Of a stretch of DNA of 64,000 bases, positions 46,735-55,122 are shown piece after piece. A program made the position numbers and the translations under genes. The DNA comes from an uncultured Desulfospira sp. Its GTDB lineage: Bacteria; Desulfobacterota; Desulfobacteria; Desulfobacterales; Desulfobacteraceae. A model generated the notes under the pieces. The model was not told the origin of the DNA, did not search any database, and saw only the letters and a list, made by a program, of their open reading frames with translations. The stretch covers positions 2,880,001 through 2,944,000 of the forward strand of contig OY760175.1 of NCBI GenBank assembly GCA_963663165.1, read 5' to 3'. Every line of letters begins with the position of its first letter. The first letter of the stretch is position 1.

Positions 46735-48126
46735 TCAAAGCAGCGGCGCAACCAGGCGGGCAATCCCTTCCACCGTGTCCCGGGCGATTCCCACGGGCCG
46801 GGTACCTTCATCGCTTTGGGCCATAAGGCCCTGCACCCAGTTGCTCACCGCGATCACATCCGGTCCGGAGTAAGCGAGCATCACGATTTCGTAGTTCAGG
46901 AAAAGGCTGCGCATGTCCATGTTGGCCGATCCCACAACGGCCAGCCTCTCATCGGAAACAATCACCTTGGCATGGACCATGTGCGGATATTTCATAATCC
47001 TGCCGCCGCACTGTTCCAGCTCGCGCAGGTGGGTGCCCCGGGCCAGGTCGGCCAGCAGATGGTTGGACCGCAACGGCACCACCACCCGCACGTCAACCCC
47101 GCGCAGGGCCGCAAGGCGCAGGGCCTGGGCCAGCGCTTCGTCCGGGACATAGTAAGGGGTGACAATCCAGAATCTGTTGTTTGAAGTAAAGGCTGCGGTC
47201 AGCAGGGCATCATAAATGGGATCTCCTGGAACATCCGGCCCTGAAGGGACCACCTGCATGATCCCCGGGCCGCTTTGGGCCGGATAATCAAGGCCTTTGG
47301 GGATAATGTCGACTTTTTCGCCACAGGCAAAGCGCCAGTCCGACTGGAACACCTCAAGATAATGGTGGACCGCAGGTCCGGTCAAGACAAAGGAAAGGTC
47401 CGTCCAGCGCTCCTTGCAGGGATGGGGCCCGATATATTCCCTGGCAATGTTGGTTCCGCCGGCCAGCACCACTTTCTGGTCGGCAATGGCGATTTTGCGG
47501 TGGTTCCTGAGGTTGGCCTTTCCGTGAAAAGGCGCCCGGAACAGCGGCATGAAATAGCCCACCTGTCCACCGTTGTTCAGCAGGGGGGAAAGAAACCGGC
47601 GGGTGGTGAACATGGAACCGACATCATCCAGAAGCAGACAGACACTGACACCGGCCGCGGCCTTGCGGGAAAGCCGTTCCACGATGTCCTGGCCCACCTC
47701 GTCGCGGGAAAGGATAAACGTGGTGATCAGGATCTGGTGTTCGGCGGTTTCAATCAACCGGACCAGTTCATTGTACACCTCCACTCCGGTGGGGCAAAGG
47801 CAAACCCGGTTGCCGCCGGTGGCCCCGGGGATACCGTAGCCGCGCAGCAATGTGTCAATGGGATCAGCCTGCCCGGCCGGCACGGTTTCCTGGATCTTTA
47901 AATGAATGGCTTTTTTGGTGCCCGCGTCCCGTTTGAGTTTGCGGCCGCCCAAAAAAAGATACAGGGGCACCCCAAGATAAGGCGCAAATACAATGGCCAT
48001 GAGCCAGGCAAACGCCGCCGAAGACGTCCGCTGCCTTCGCAGCACGGACAGCGCCAGGGCCGCAGCCAGAATAAACCCTGCGACAACGGCCAGATGACCA
48101 ATTAAAAGGTGCCATTTCAAAAGCAT
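46735..48126 (-). CDS. cls: Cardiolipin synthase (phospholipase D family)
   Basis: PLDc_N TM pair; NLRNHRKIAIAD and HAKVIVSD HKD motifs; GSANMDMRSLFLNYE. Confidence 0.9.
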   Translation of the reverse strand: MLLKWHLLIGHLAVVAGFILAAALALSVLRRQRTSSAAFAWLMAIVFAPYLGVPLYLFLGGRKLKRDAGTKKAIHLKIQETVPAGQADPIDTLLRGYGIPGATGGNRVCLCPTGVEVYNELVRLIETAEHQILITTFILSRDEVGQDIVERLSRKAAAGVSVCLLLDDVGSMFTTRRFLSPLLNNGGQVGYFMPLFRAPFHGKANLRNHRKIAIADQKVVLAGGTNIAREYIGPHPCKERWTDLSFVLTGPAVHHYLEVFQSDWRFACGEKVDIIPKGLDYPAQSGPGIMQVVPSGPDVPGDPIYDALLTAAFTSNNRFWIVTPYYVPDEALAQALRLAALRGVDVRVVVPLRSNHLLADLARGTHLRELEQCGGRIMKYPHMVHAKVIVSDERLAVVGSANMDMRSLFLNYEIVMLAYSGPDVIAVSNWVQGLMAQSDEGTRPVGIARDTVEGIARLVAPLL

Positions 48127-48213
48127 TCCAACTCCCCGGTATTTCCAGCAACAAAAACTTTGCAGAATATATCCCAACAGCAAAATAAATACCAGACTCA
48201 ACGCCGGCAGGCA

Positions 48214-48263
48214 CAGGGCAATCCCATGTAAAAAAGCCATCCATTCCGGAATGGGAAATAAGG
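48214..48263 (+). repeat. ~50-bp dispersed repeat family B, copy 3
   Basis: CAGGGCAATCCCATGTAAAAAAGCCATCCATTCCGGAATG. Confidence 0.8.
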
Positions 48264-48273
48264 AGAACTCCAA

Positions 48274-48515
48274 TATAACGGCCACGGGCCGCCCTGGTTA
48301 TCCAACCAAGCACCGCCCACAACAAATAATGAAACGGAAGATACCAGCAACGGTAGACTATAAATTGGGCACCGCAGGTGCTTCGCCCTCTTGTCTCTTG
48401 TTTCTTGTCTCCAGTTTCTTATAACGGCCACGGGCCGCCTTGGTTATCCAACCAAGTATCGCCCACAACGAATAATGAAAGTCTTATCACGCTGTTAGTG
48501 AGACTTTCATATAAA
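48274..48515 (-). repeat. Tandem of family D long form (48274-48423) and short form (48420-48515)
   Basis: Both begin TATAACGGCCACGGGCCGCC and share a TATA junction. Confidence 0.9.
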
Positions 48516-48542
48516 AATGTAGGGGGATTAGGCTGAAGGGAT

Positions 48543-50822
48543 TCAGCCTTCAGCCCCATCCCATTGGGCATACCGGTATCCGGGAGCGTAAAAAGACAGG
48601 GTTACCTCCCCGGGTCGGATGCCGGCGATTTGCCGCCCCATGTCATCAAAGGATATGTCATGGCTTAACCGGTCCGGGGAAAATGAATGGAAATGAAACA
48701 CATCAGCGGCTGACGGATCTTTGTAACTAAGGGTAATCACGCTGTCTTCGGGCAGGGCTGACAGCGTGACGGTAAACCCGGTCTGTTTCTGGATAACGTC
48801 CATCTCGACGGATTTGGGACAGGCCTTCCAGATTTCCAGGGAGGGGTCCCCCAGAACATGGTATATGGCAAAATGGCGTTTTATATTGATGCCGTCCCCC
48901 CAGTACCAGACCGGCAGGTATGCCTTGGCATAATTGAGGATATCGCCGATCCGGCTGTACCGGCCGGCGATAGGGGACACCGGGGGGGCGTTCTGTTCCG
49001 CATAAACCGGCAATATCCCGGGCCACAGGGCATCGAACAGGGCTTTCATCATCACGTCGCTGTACCAGGCACCGGCTTTGCGGGTGGCGGCGATCAGGGC
49101 CGGCACCCGGCCGGCCCTGATCAGGGCCTCGCTAAAGGCCCCCCGGGGGTTGGCGCTGTCAAAACATCCGGAAAGGCAGTTCAGGCTGAAAACAATTGAC
49201 GGTTCCTTGATGGTCCGGGTTCCCCGGTCCCTGGTTTCCTGGTCCATACCTAGGATATCCTGGTTGGTGAATCTGGGAATCTCCCATCCGTTGATATTGC
49301 CGTGTCCCCGGTGGGCCATGATCAGGCGGCCTTGCTTAAACGCGTTGAGGACGCTTGTTCTGGCCTGGTCCTCTGCCTGGAATTCAACGGTGCGGCGGTT
49401 GGTGCGCTCTATCTGGGCAATGGGCTGGCCGTTACAAAAACAGGTTGTCCGGTCATCCTCTTTAACAAAAATCTCCTCTGGTCTTAAATTAAATTGTTCC
49501 AAATGGTCATCAATGGATATCAGGGTTTTGACATAGTTGGTCACCGACCGTTCGGGATCCACCGCCTCAACCCCTTTTTCCAGTTCTCCGGCACAGGTGA
49601 TATTCTGATAATAGCCTGGATCCAGAGGCGGGTGCTGCTCATATTCAATGATTTGACGGATGACGGCCATGCCGGCACCATGGCCGTCATTGTCTGCTTC
49701 CAAAGGGATTCTGCCCACACTTACCCACGGAAACGAAAGCCCGGTTGCGGTTTCGTCTTCCCGGGTGGAATAATAATAATCCGTGAGTATGGTTTCGCCG
49801 GAAAGCCGGTCATAGGCGGGATCCGGGAAAATTTTCGGCTGAATATACCCCGTGTCCCCCATCAGCAGCAGATACCGAAGCCTTGCCCCGGGTGTGTCCC
49901 GGCATGTTTTGATATACGCCCTGAGGCGGTCCGGATCATCGGCCATGTTGCCGGCTGCCTTGACGGCCGTGGCCAGACCTTTCTGATTTTTCCACTTTGC
50001 CAGGGTAAGGGCCTCTTGTTCAAATGCCTCATGGTAAATGATCAGCAGTTCTGCCGCCGTGACATCCGCAGGTTCTTTGGGCGTTAACGTGAACCGGGGG
50101 CCGGGGCCTGAGCCCCGGGTCAAAGCCCCGGGCGGGTCTATCGGCGGTAATTTGGGGTTGATCAGCATGTTGTTGTAAAGGCCGTCAAGGGGCGGCAACG
50201 GGGCGGCCCTATCCAAAGGGACCATTGTCAACGGCATTTCAGCCTCAAGTTCGGCACAAAAGGTTAATTTGTCTTTCTGGGGGGTATACTGAAAGGGGGT
50301 GACATGAATGAGGATCACATGCTGCCCCTGGATTTCAAAAGAGCCTTCGGCCATGACCCGGTGTTTGGGAAAATGGTCATCATCGCCAAACCCGTCATAT
50401 CCCTGATCGTAATCATGGGCCTGGCCGGCATCCACTGTCCAGTTATCCTGGGAGGTCATTACCCAGGCATCTGCCGGCAGGCCTTTTTCCATGATCGCCA
50501 CATCAACGATGGGGGTCTCAGTAATGTCTTCAGGCAGGGGCACCCGGCAAGGTCCCGGCACACGGACATACCGGCCAAAGGACGGGATCAGCGGCTGTTT
50601 GTTCTTGCTGATATAACCGCATCCGGGAATACCGAGCTGAATCACATCTTTGGCTCTCTGGTTCTTAAACTGGACAGAGACATGGGAGGTCTGGTACCCC
50701 GAAAAAGCCACCGTAAACTTCAGGATCACGCCTTGGGCATGGCTGTCCACTATGTTGACTTGCCTGACAACAGGCCTTAAATCGTTTCCATTTCCCCCGA
50801 AAGCGACGGTTCTCACACTCAT
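48543..50822 (-). CDS. C25 (gingipain-clan) cysteine peptidase with propeptide-like N-terminus
   Basis: LAKWKNQKG, YLLLMGD, TDYYY, VGRIP, HRGHG (His), SLNCLSG (Cys), FSEAL, YHVLGDP; no evident signal peptide. Confidence 0.85.
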   Translation of the reverse strand: MSVRTVAFGGNGNDLRPVVRQVNIVDSHAQGVILKFTVAFSGYQTSHVSVQFKNQRAKDVIQLGIPGCGYISKNKQPLIPSFGRYVRVPGPCRVPLPEDITETPIVDVAIMEKGLPADAWVMTSQDNWTVDAGQAHDYDQGYDGFGDDDHFPKHRVMAEGSFEIQGQHVILIHVTPFQYTPQKDKLTFCAELEAEMPLTMVPLDRAAPLPPLDGLYNNMLINPKLPPIDPPGALTRGSGPGPRFTLTPKEPADVTAAELLIIYHEAFEQEALTLAKWKNQKGLATAVKAAGNMADDPDRLRAYIKTCRDTPGARLRYLLLMGDTGYIQPKIFPDPAYDRLSGETILTDYYYSTREDETATGLSFPWVSVGRIPLEADNDGHGAGMAVIRQIIEYEQHPPLDPGYYQNITCAGELEKGVEAVDPERSVTNYVKTLISIDDHLEQFNLRPEEIFVKEDDRTTCFCNGQPIAQIERTNRRTVEFQAEDQARTSVLNAFKQGRLIMAHRGHGNINGWEIPRFTNQDILGMDQETRDRGTRTIKEPSIVFSLNCLSGCFDSANPRGAFSEALIRAGRVPALIAATRKAGAWYSDVMMKALFDALWPGILPVYAEQNAPPVSPIAGRYSRIGDILNYAKAYLPVWYWGDGINIKRHFAIYHVLGDPSLEIWKACPKSVEMDVIQKQTGFTVTLSALPEDSVITLSYKDPSAADVFHFHSFSPDRLSHDISFDDMGRQIAGIRPGEVTLSFYAPGYRYAQWDGAEG

Positions 50823-50869
50823 TTTATCCCCCTGCTGCCATTAAACCGGCATGTTCCGGAAACCTTCGA

Positions 50870-51262
50870 TTACCACTTCACACAGACCCTTCTGCCGCCG
50901 ATTCGAAAGCAGAAATTGTCCAGGGGAATAGCCAGAGGCAAAATTTCACCGACTTCGCATTCTACATTTGGAACAGCGTCACCGTTGGTGTCCTTAACCT
51001 CCACTGTCCAGCCGTCCTGAATTGAAAAATGAATTTTCCTTTTTGAGTTAACGGGGCTGAGCGCCTTGCCGTTGACCGTCACCAGGGGGAAATAATAGTC
51101 GTCGCCCTGGGCCAGATCATTGCACTCAAACTGCTTTGAAATCCACGACGTGACCATCTCGAAATCAATTTCAACGCCGTTTTTGTCTTTGATGGCAATG
51201 TCATAATCCTGGTTGGGATCAATCCCAATGCTGACCACGCGGCCGATGTAATCCATAGACAT
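50870..51262 (-). CDS. Small hypothetical protein with C-terminal C-x8-C motif
   Basis: Strong AAGGAG RBS; co-oriented between receptor and protease; ends NFCFRIGGRRVCVKW. Confidence 0.75.
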   Translation of the reverse strand: MSMDYIGRVVSIGIDPNQDYDIAIKDKNGVEIDFEMVTSWISKQFECNDLAQGDDYYFPLVTVNGKALSPVNSKRKIHFSIQDGWTVEVKDTNGDAVPNVECEVGEILPLAIPLDNFCFRIGGRRVCVKW

Positions 51263-51288
51263 AATGTTTCTCCTTTATTTAATGGTTT

Positions 51289-51414
51289 GTGTTTGGACGA
51301 AAAGTCACCTGCCTGCTGCGTTGCAGGAAAATTTGCAATCCTCACAACCCTAATGGTTGCTCCGGTTGCAAATTTTCCTGCGCCTTGCATCTGGGCAACT
51401 TTTCGTCCAAACAC
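51289..51414. mobile_element. 126-bp MITE-like element family C
   Basis: Perfect 17-bp TIR GTGTTTGGACGAAAAGT / ACTTTTCGTCCAAACAC; internal arms GCAGGAAAATTTGCAA / TTGCAAATTTTCCTGC. Confidence 0.85.
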
Positions 51415-51500
51415 GGACAGATCTTCGTTCAGACATTATATAACTCACTGAAGGGCCGGACCATGCCGCCCTAAAAGCCTTCAGCCTGAACCCCTTCAGC

Positions 51501-54500
51501 CTAAAAGTGCCATGAGATGTTGACAAACACCTGACGTTCCGGATTGATCCTGGGGTTAAAGGGATCTGTGTCCTGAAATTCAAATGTGTTGTCAAAAATA
51601 TTGGTCCCGACAATGGAGACACTGCCCCCGGACTCCTGAAACCGCCACCCGATCTGGGCATCCACCACCCAGAACTGATCCGATATCCCGTTACCGGTTG
51701 CCCCCCGGTAATCCTGATGAAAGTATGAGGCCTTTAACCGGGCCAGAAACCCTGAGGGATGGAAAAACCCAAACCCCAGGGGGATGCGGTGGGTTTTGAT
51801 ATTGAGATAGGCTTCAGGGTCCGGGACATCGTCATCGGATTTTTGCCGTTCAAAAAAATACTCGGCACTCACCGCGACGGTCTTGCCAATGGGTCGGAAA
51901 ACATAGCACCGATATACGGTTTCTTCCCATTGATACCGGATCACATCGCCAAAGTTGAATTCATCAAACCACAGGTATAGCGGGGTGTCGTTTTCCCGGT
52001 GTAAAATTTCCATGCCGGCATACAGGCGGCCTGAAAACCGATGGTCCACCGCCATGCCGTACAGATTAGACACGGTGCCGGTATTGTCACTGTAAAATTG
52101 GTTAAACCCGGCCACCTGGGTGGGCTCTATGGTCTGGCCCGAGACAAGGGAGCGGACAACGGTTCTCGCCATGGCCCCGCGCACGGTGGTCTGTTCATTG
52201 AGGGTCCAGGTCAGGCCGATTTTAGGGTTGAGTTTATCCTCATCCGCTTCACGGCTGTCTATTGAATCCAGGCTCAGCCCCAGGCGCCAGACCATATTTT
52301 CAGGATACCGGCAGGACAGATACCCATACCCGTTGATATGCTCCGTCTTTGAATCCGATGTTTCCAGGTCACTTGAACGCAAAAGTTCACCCAAAATCTC
52401 ATGGGTGACCCGGGTATCCACACGGCTTTTCTCATCTGAATCCAGATGATAATAACCGACCCCGGAAATAAGGCTTATCCCGTTCTTTTGGAACCGGTGC
52501 TGGACTTCGGCCAGAACGCTGTCCTGGTCCAATGAAGCCTTGCTGTCCATCTCGGATTCAATGCCAAAACCAAACCCGTCCAGCTGGGTCTGGGCCGCAC
52601 TGAAGGTGGTGGTATAATCGGCCCGGTTAAAGACAGCCGACCCTAAAATCCGGGATTCCCGGCTCAGTGTGTGGGATACCCCGAGCCGGATTTTGCGGGT
52701 TGTCTCCTTCTGCCTTAAGGTGTCATGAATCGGGGAGGTTTCAAGCAGCTGCTCCAGAAACCCAAAAGTCCGGTCATCATACCGGCCCTCTAGTTGAAAG
52801 CTTGTTTCCGGGGTCAGGGCCATGTGGAAAAATGCATTGGCCATGTCTTTTTCAAGATCGTTATTTTCCCCGAAACCGTCGGTGCCATAATGATACTGGC
52901 CCAGGCTGTAAGCAATATTGTCCCGCAATCCATAATGAACGATCTCCTCTCCCCGGGTGTTGTTGCTGCCGGCCACACCGTTGACCTGGAAATCCAGCCG
53001 GTTTCGTTCAAACAAAGCGGTGTATTCATTCAAAGAGGCCTTGCTGGGCCATGTCCCGCCAAGGATGCCGGCAGATGTCGCATCTTCCAGCTGGGGCTGG
53101 ACAGGATTGGCCGTCACCGGCGATAGCAGCTGGGCCTGAAGCAGCTCGCTGACCCGGGCAATTTCATGGCGGGGCAGGACATCATAGGAATCGGCCAGAA
53201 ACCGATGGGCCGAATAATTATCCGGATCACTGGCAAGGGATTTATACCCCTCCAGCAGGGCCAGCTGCCCGAATCCCAGTACATCATAGATCCTTGCAAG
53301 GCCGGCACTGCGGGAGGCCAGGTCCTGATCCAGCAGGAACCTGGACCGGTAAACGGCCCGGTTGTCGTTGAGTTCAATGGATTTCTGGAGATCTTCCAAT
53401 GCCGCCACCGGCCGGTTGTCTGCCTGTTTTTGAAGGGCACTGTACAACCAGGGGGTGGGGTCATTGGGATCCAGGCTTTTGGCGGCATTGAATTGTTTTT
53501 CGGCCAGCCCGCCCTGATTTTCTTCATCAAAGGCCTTTCCCAGATAACTGCGAACCAAAGCATTGTCGGGATCAAGGCCCATAGCGGTTTCCATCTGCTG
53601 CCGGCCTTTGGCCAACTGGCCCCGCCGGATCAAGGCAAGCCCGAGCCCCAAACGGGGCAAGGGGTCGGTCTGGTCCAGGCGGATGGCCGTTTCAAAAGCG
53701 GCCATGGCCTGTTGGATCCTGGCGCCGGTAAGGCGGGTATACCCGAGAACCGTCTGGGTCCGGCTGATGTCAGGATTTAAGGCCACGGCTTTCTGGGCTG
53801 AGCTCCCGGCCGGTTCAATGTCGCCAAACGCCAGTTGAAGCTGGGCTAAACGGGCCCATAAAAGGGCGTTTTCCGGGTCCAGGGCCACGGCTTTTTTCTG
53901 GGATTCCAGGGCCCCTTTCAGGTCAAACACCGCCTGACGGGCACAGGCCTGCGCCGACCAGGCAACGGCCAGGTCCGGATCATGGGAAACCGCGTTTTCT
54001 GAAAGATTCACGGCGGCTTCTTTCCGGTTTTGTGCCGTGGCGATAATGGACAGCAGGGACAAGGCCAGGGCCGGGGCACTTGGCCTCAGGCGTTCAATAT
54101 CCGCTTTGGCCTTTTCCACACGGCCGGCAAACAGGAACAGTTCGGCCCGGTAGGCATAAAAGAGCGCTGAGCGCTGATGCATGGAAATCCGTTCAAGGAC
54201 CTCAACGGCCTCCACCAGCCGTCCGACCCGGCGAAAGGCCATGGACTGCTGAATAATTTCCCGGGCAGGCAAGGAAAATTCGCCAAGGCGAAAATCGGAC
54301 AGCGAAGGATAGTAAAGCGCCCATTGGACCGCATCCTTGGGTCTGACCATGATCAGCCTTGCCGGGGCCTTTCCTTCCAGGGCCCGGGCGGATTGGCCCG
54401 GTTCAAGGGCCAGCCGCCCCTGGGCATTGGCCACATGGACCCGCCCTGAATAAACCGTGACCCGGGACTGGCCGGGCAGAACCGTGACCAGAAATTGTGT

Positions 54501-54908
54501 GCCGTCAACGGCGGCGGTGGCAAAGGGGGTGTCAATCTTCAAATCCATGGCCTTTTGGCTGAAAAACAGGGCAGCTCCCTGCAAAAGCCTTGTCAGAAAA
54601 GGCCGGTCTTCCTCAATCCCTGGCAGGGAAAGCAGGGCATTCTGGTCCAGTTTAACCGTGGCCCCGTTGTTTAATTTGATGGTGACAGAGCCCAAGGCCC
54701 CGGTCCGGACCATATGGCCGGGACAAAGCATGGTATCCGGCCGGGCAGGATACCATGGGCCATCCGCGTTATCCTTTGTCTCCACCATCCCCTTTATGGC
54801 CAGCACCTGGGAGGGATGGTCACAAGGATACCCTGCCGTTATGCCTGTACATAAGACAACAACAGATATAAACAGGCCAAGCCTGGCTGATCTTTTTTTA
54901 GAAGCCAT
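51501..54908 (-). CDS. Outer-membrane receptor: FecR domain + TPR repeats + TonB-dependent-receptor-like beta-barrel
   Basis: Signal peptide; IDTPFATAAVDGTQF...VYSGRV (FecR); DAVQWALYYP; multiple A..LDP TPRs; amphipathic strands ending in Phe. Confidence 0.85.
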   Translation of the reverse strand: MASKKRSARLGLFISVVVLCTGITAGYPCDHPSQVLAIKGMVETKDNADGPWYPARPDTMLCPGHMVRTGALGSVTIKLNNGATVKLDQNALLSLPGIEEDRPFLTRLLQGAALFFSQKAMDLKIDTPFATAAVDGTQFLVTVLPGQSRVTVYSGRVHVANAQGRLALEPGQSARALEGKAPARLIMVRPKDAVQWALYYPSLSDFRLGEFSLPAREIIQQSMAFRRVGRLVEAVEVLERISMHQRSALFYAYRAELFLFAGRVEKAKADIERLRPSAPALALSLLSIIATAQNRKEAAVNLSENAVSHDPDLAVAWSAQACARQAVFDLKGALESQKKAVALDPENALLWARLAQLQLAFGDIEPAGSSAQKAVALNPDISRTQTVLGYTRLTGARIQQAMAAFETAIRLDQTDPLPRLGLGLALIRRGQLAKGRQQMETAMGLDPDNALVRSYLGKAFDEENQGGLAEKQFNAAKSLDPNDPTPWLYSALQKQADNRPVAALEDLQKSIELNDNRAVYRSRFLLDQDLASRSAGLARIYDVLGFGQLALLEGYKSLASDPDNYSAHRFLADSYDVLPRHEIARVSELLQAQLLSPVTANPVQPQLEDATSAGILGGTWPSKASLNEYTALFERNRLDFQVNGVAGSNNTRGEEIVHYGLRDNIAYSLGQYHYGTDGFGENNDLEKDMANAFFHMALTPETSFQLEGRYDDRTFGFLEQLLETSPIHDTLRQKETTRKIRLGVSHTLSRESRILGSAVFNRADYTTTFSAAQTQLDGFGFGIESEMDSKASLDQDSVLAEVQHRFQKNGISLISGVGYYHLDSDEKSRVDTRVTHEILGELLRSSDLETSDSKTEHINGYGYLSCRYPENMVWRLGLSLDSIDSREADEDKLNPKIGLTWTLNEQTTVRGAMARTVVRSLVSGQTIEPTQVAGFNQFYSDNTGTVSNLYGMAVDHRFSGRLYAGMEILHRENDTPLYLWFDEFNFGDVIRYQWEETVYRCYVFRPIGKTVAVSAEYFFERQKSDDDVPDPEAYLNIKTHRIPLGFGFFHPSGFLARLKASYFHQDYRGATGNGISDQFWVVDAQIGWRFQESGGSVSIVGTNIFDNTFEFQDTDPFNPRINPERQVFVNISWHF

Positions 54909-55048
54909 ACTGTCCCTTCTTTTTTAAAATGTCAGAATGATGTCAGAGATGGTTGCCAGTCAGAATGATACCGGGCTGTTTTCAGATTGTTGCGTTCAAG
55001 GATAGGGGTCATTGTATGAGAAATGACACGGTCTTGCAACCTAAAATA

Positions 55049-55078
55049 CGTAGGGGCGATTCATGAATCGCCCCTACG
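55049..55078. repeat. GTAG-type REP palindrome
   Basis: Perfect 30-bp palindrome CGTAGGGGCGATTCATGAATCGCCCCTACG. Confidence 0.85.
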
Positions 55079-55122
55079 CCCCTGCAAACCCGGTCTCGCT
55101 TCTTCCCGTCTCCGGTTGCCGC

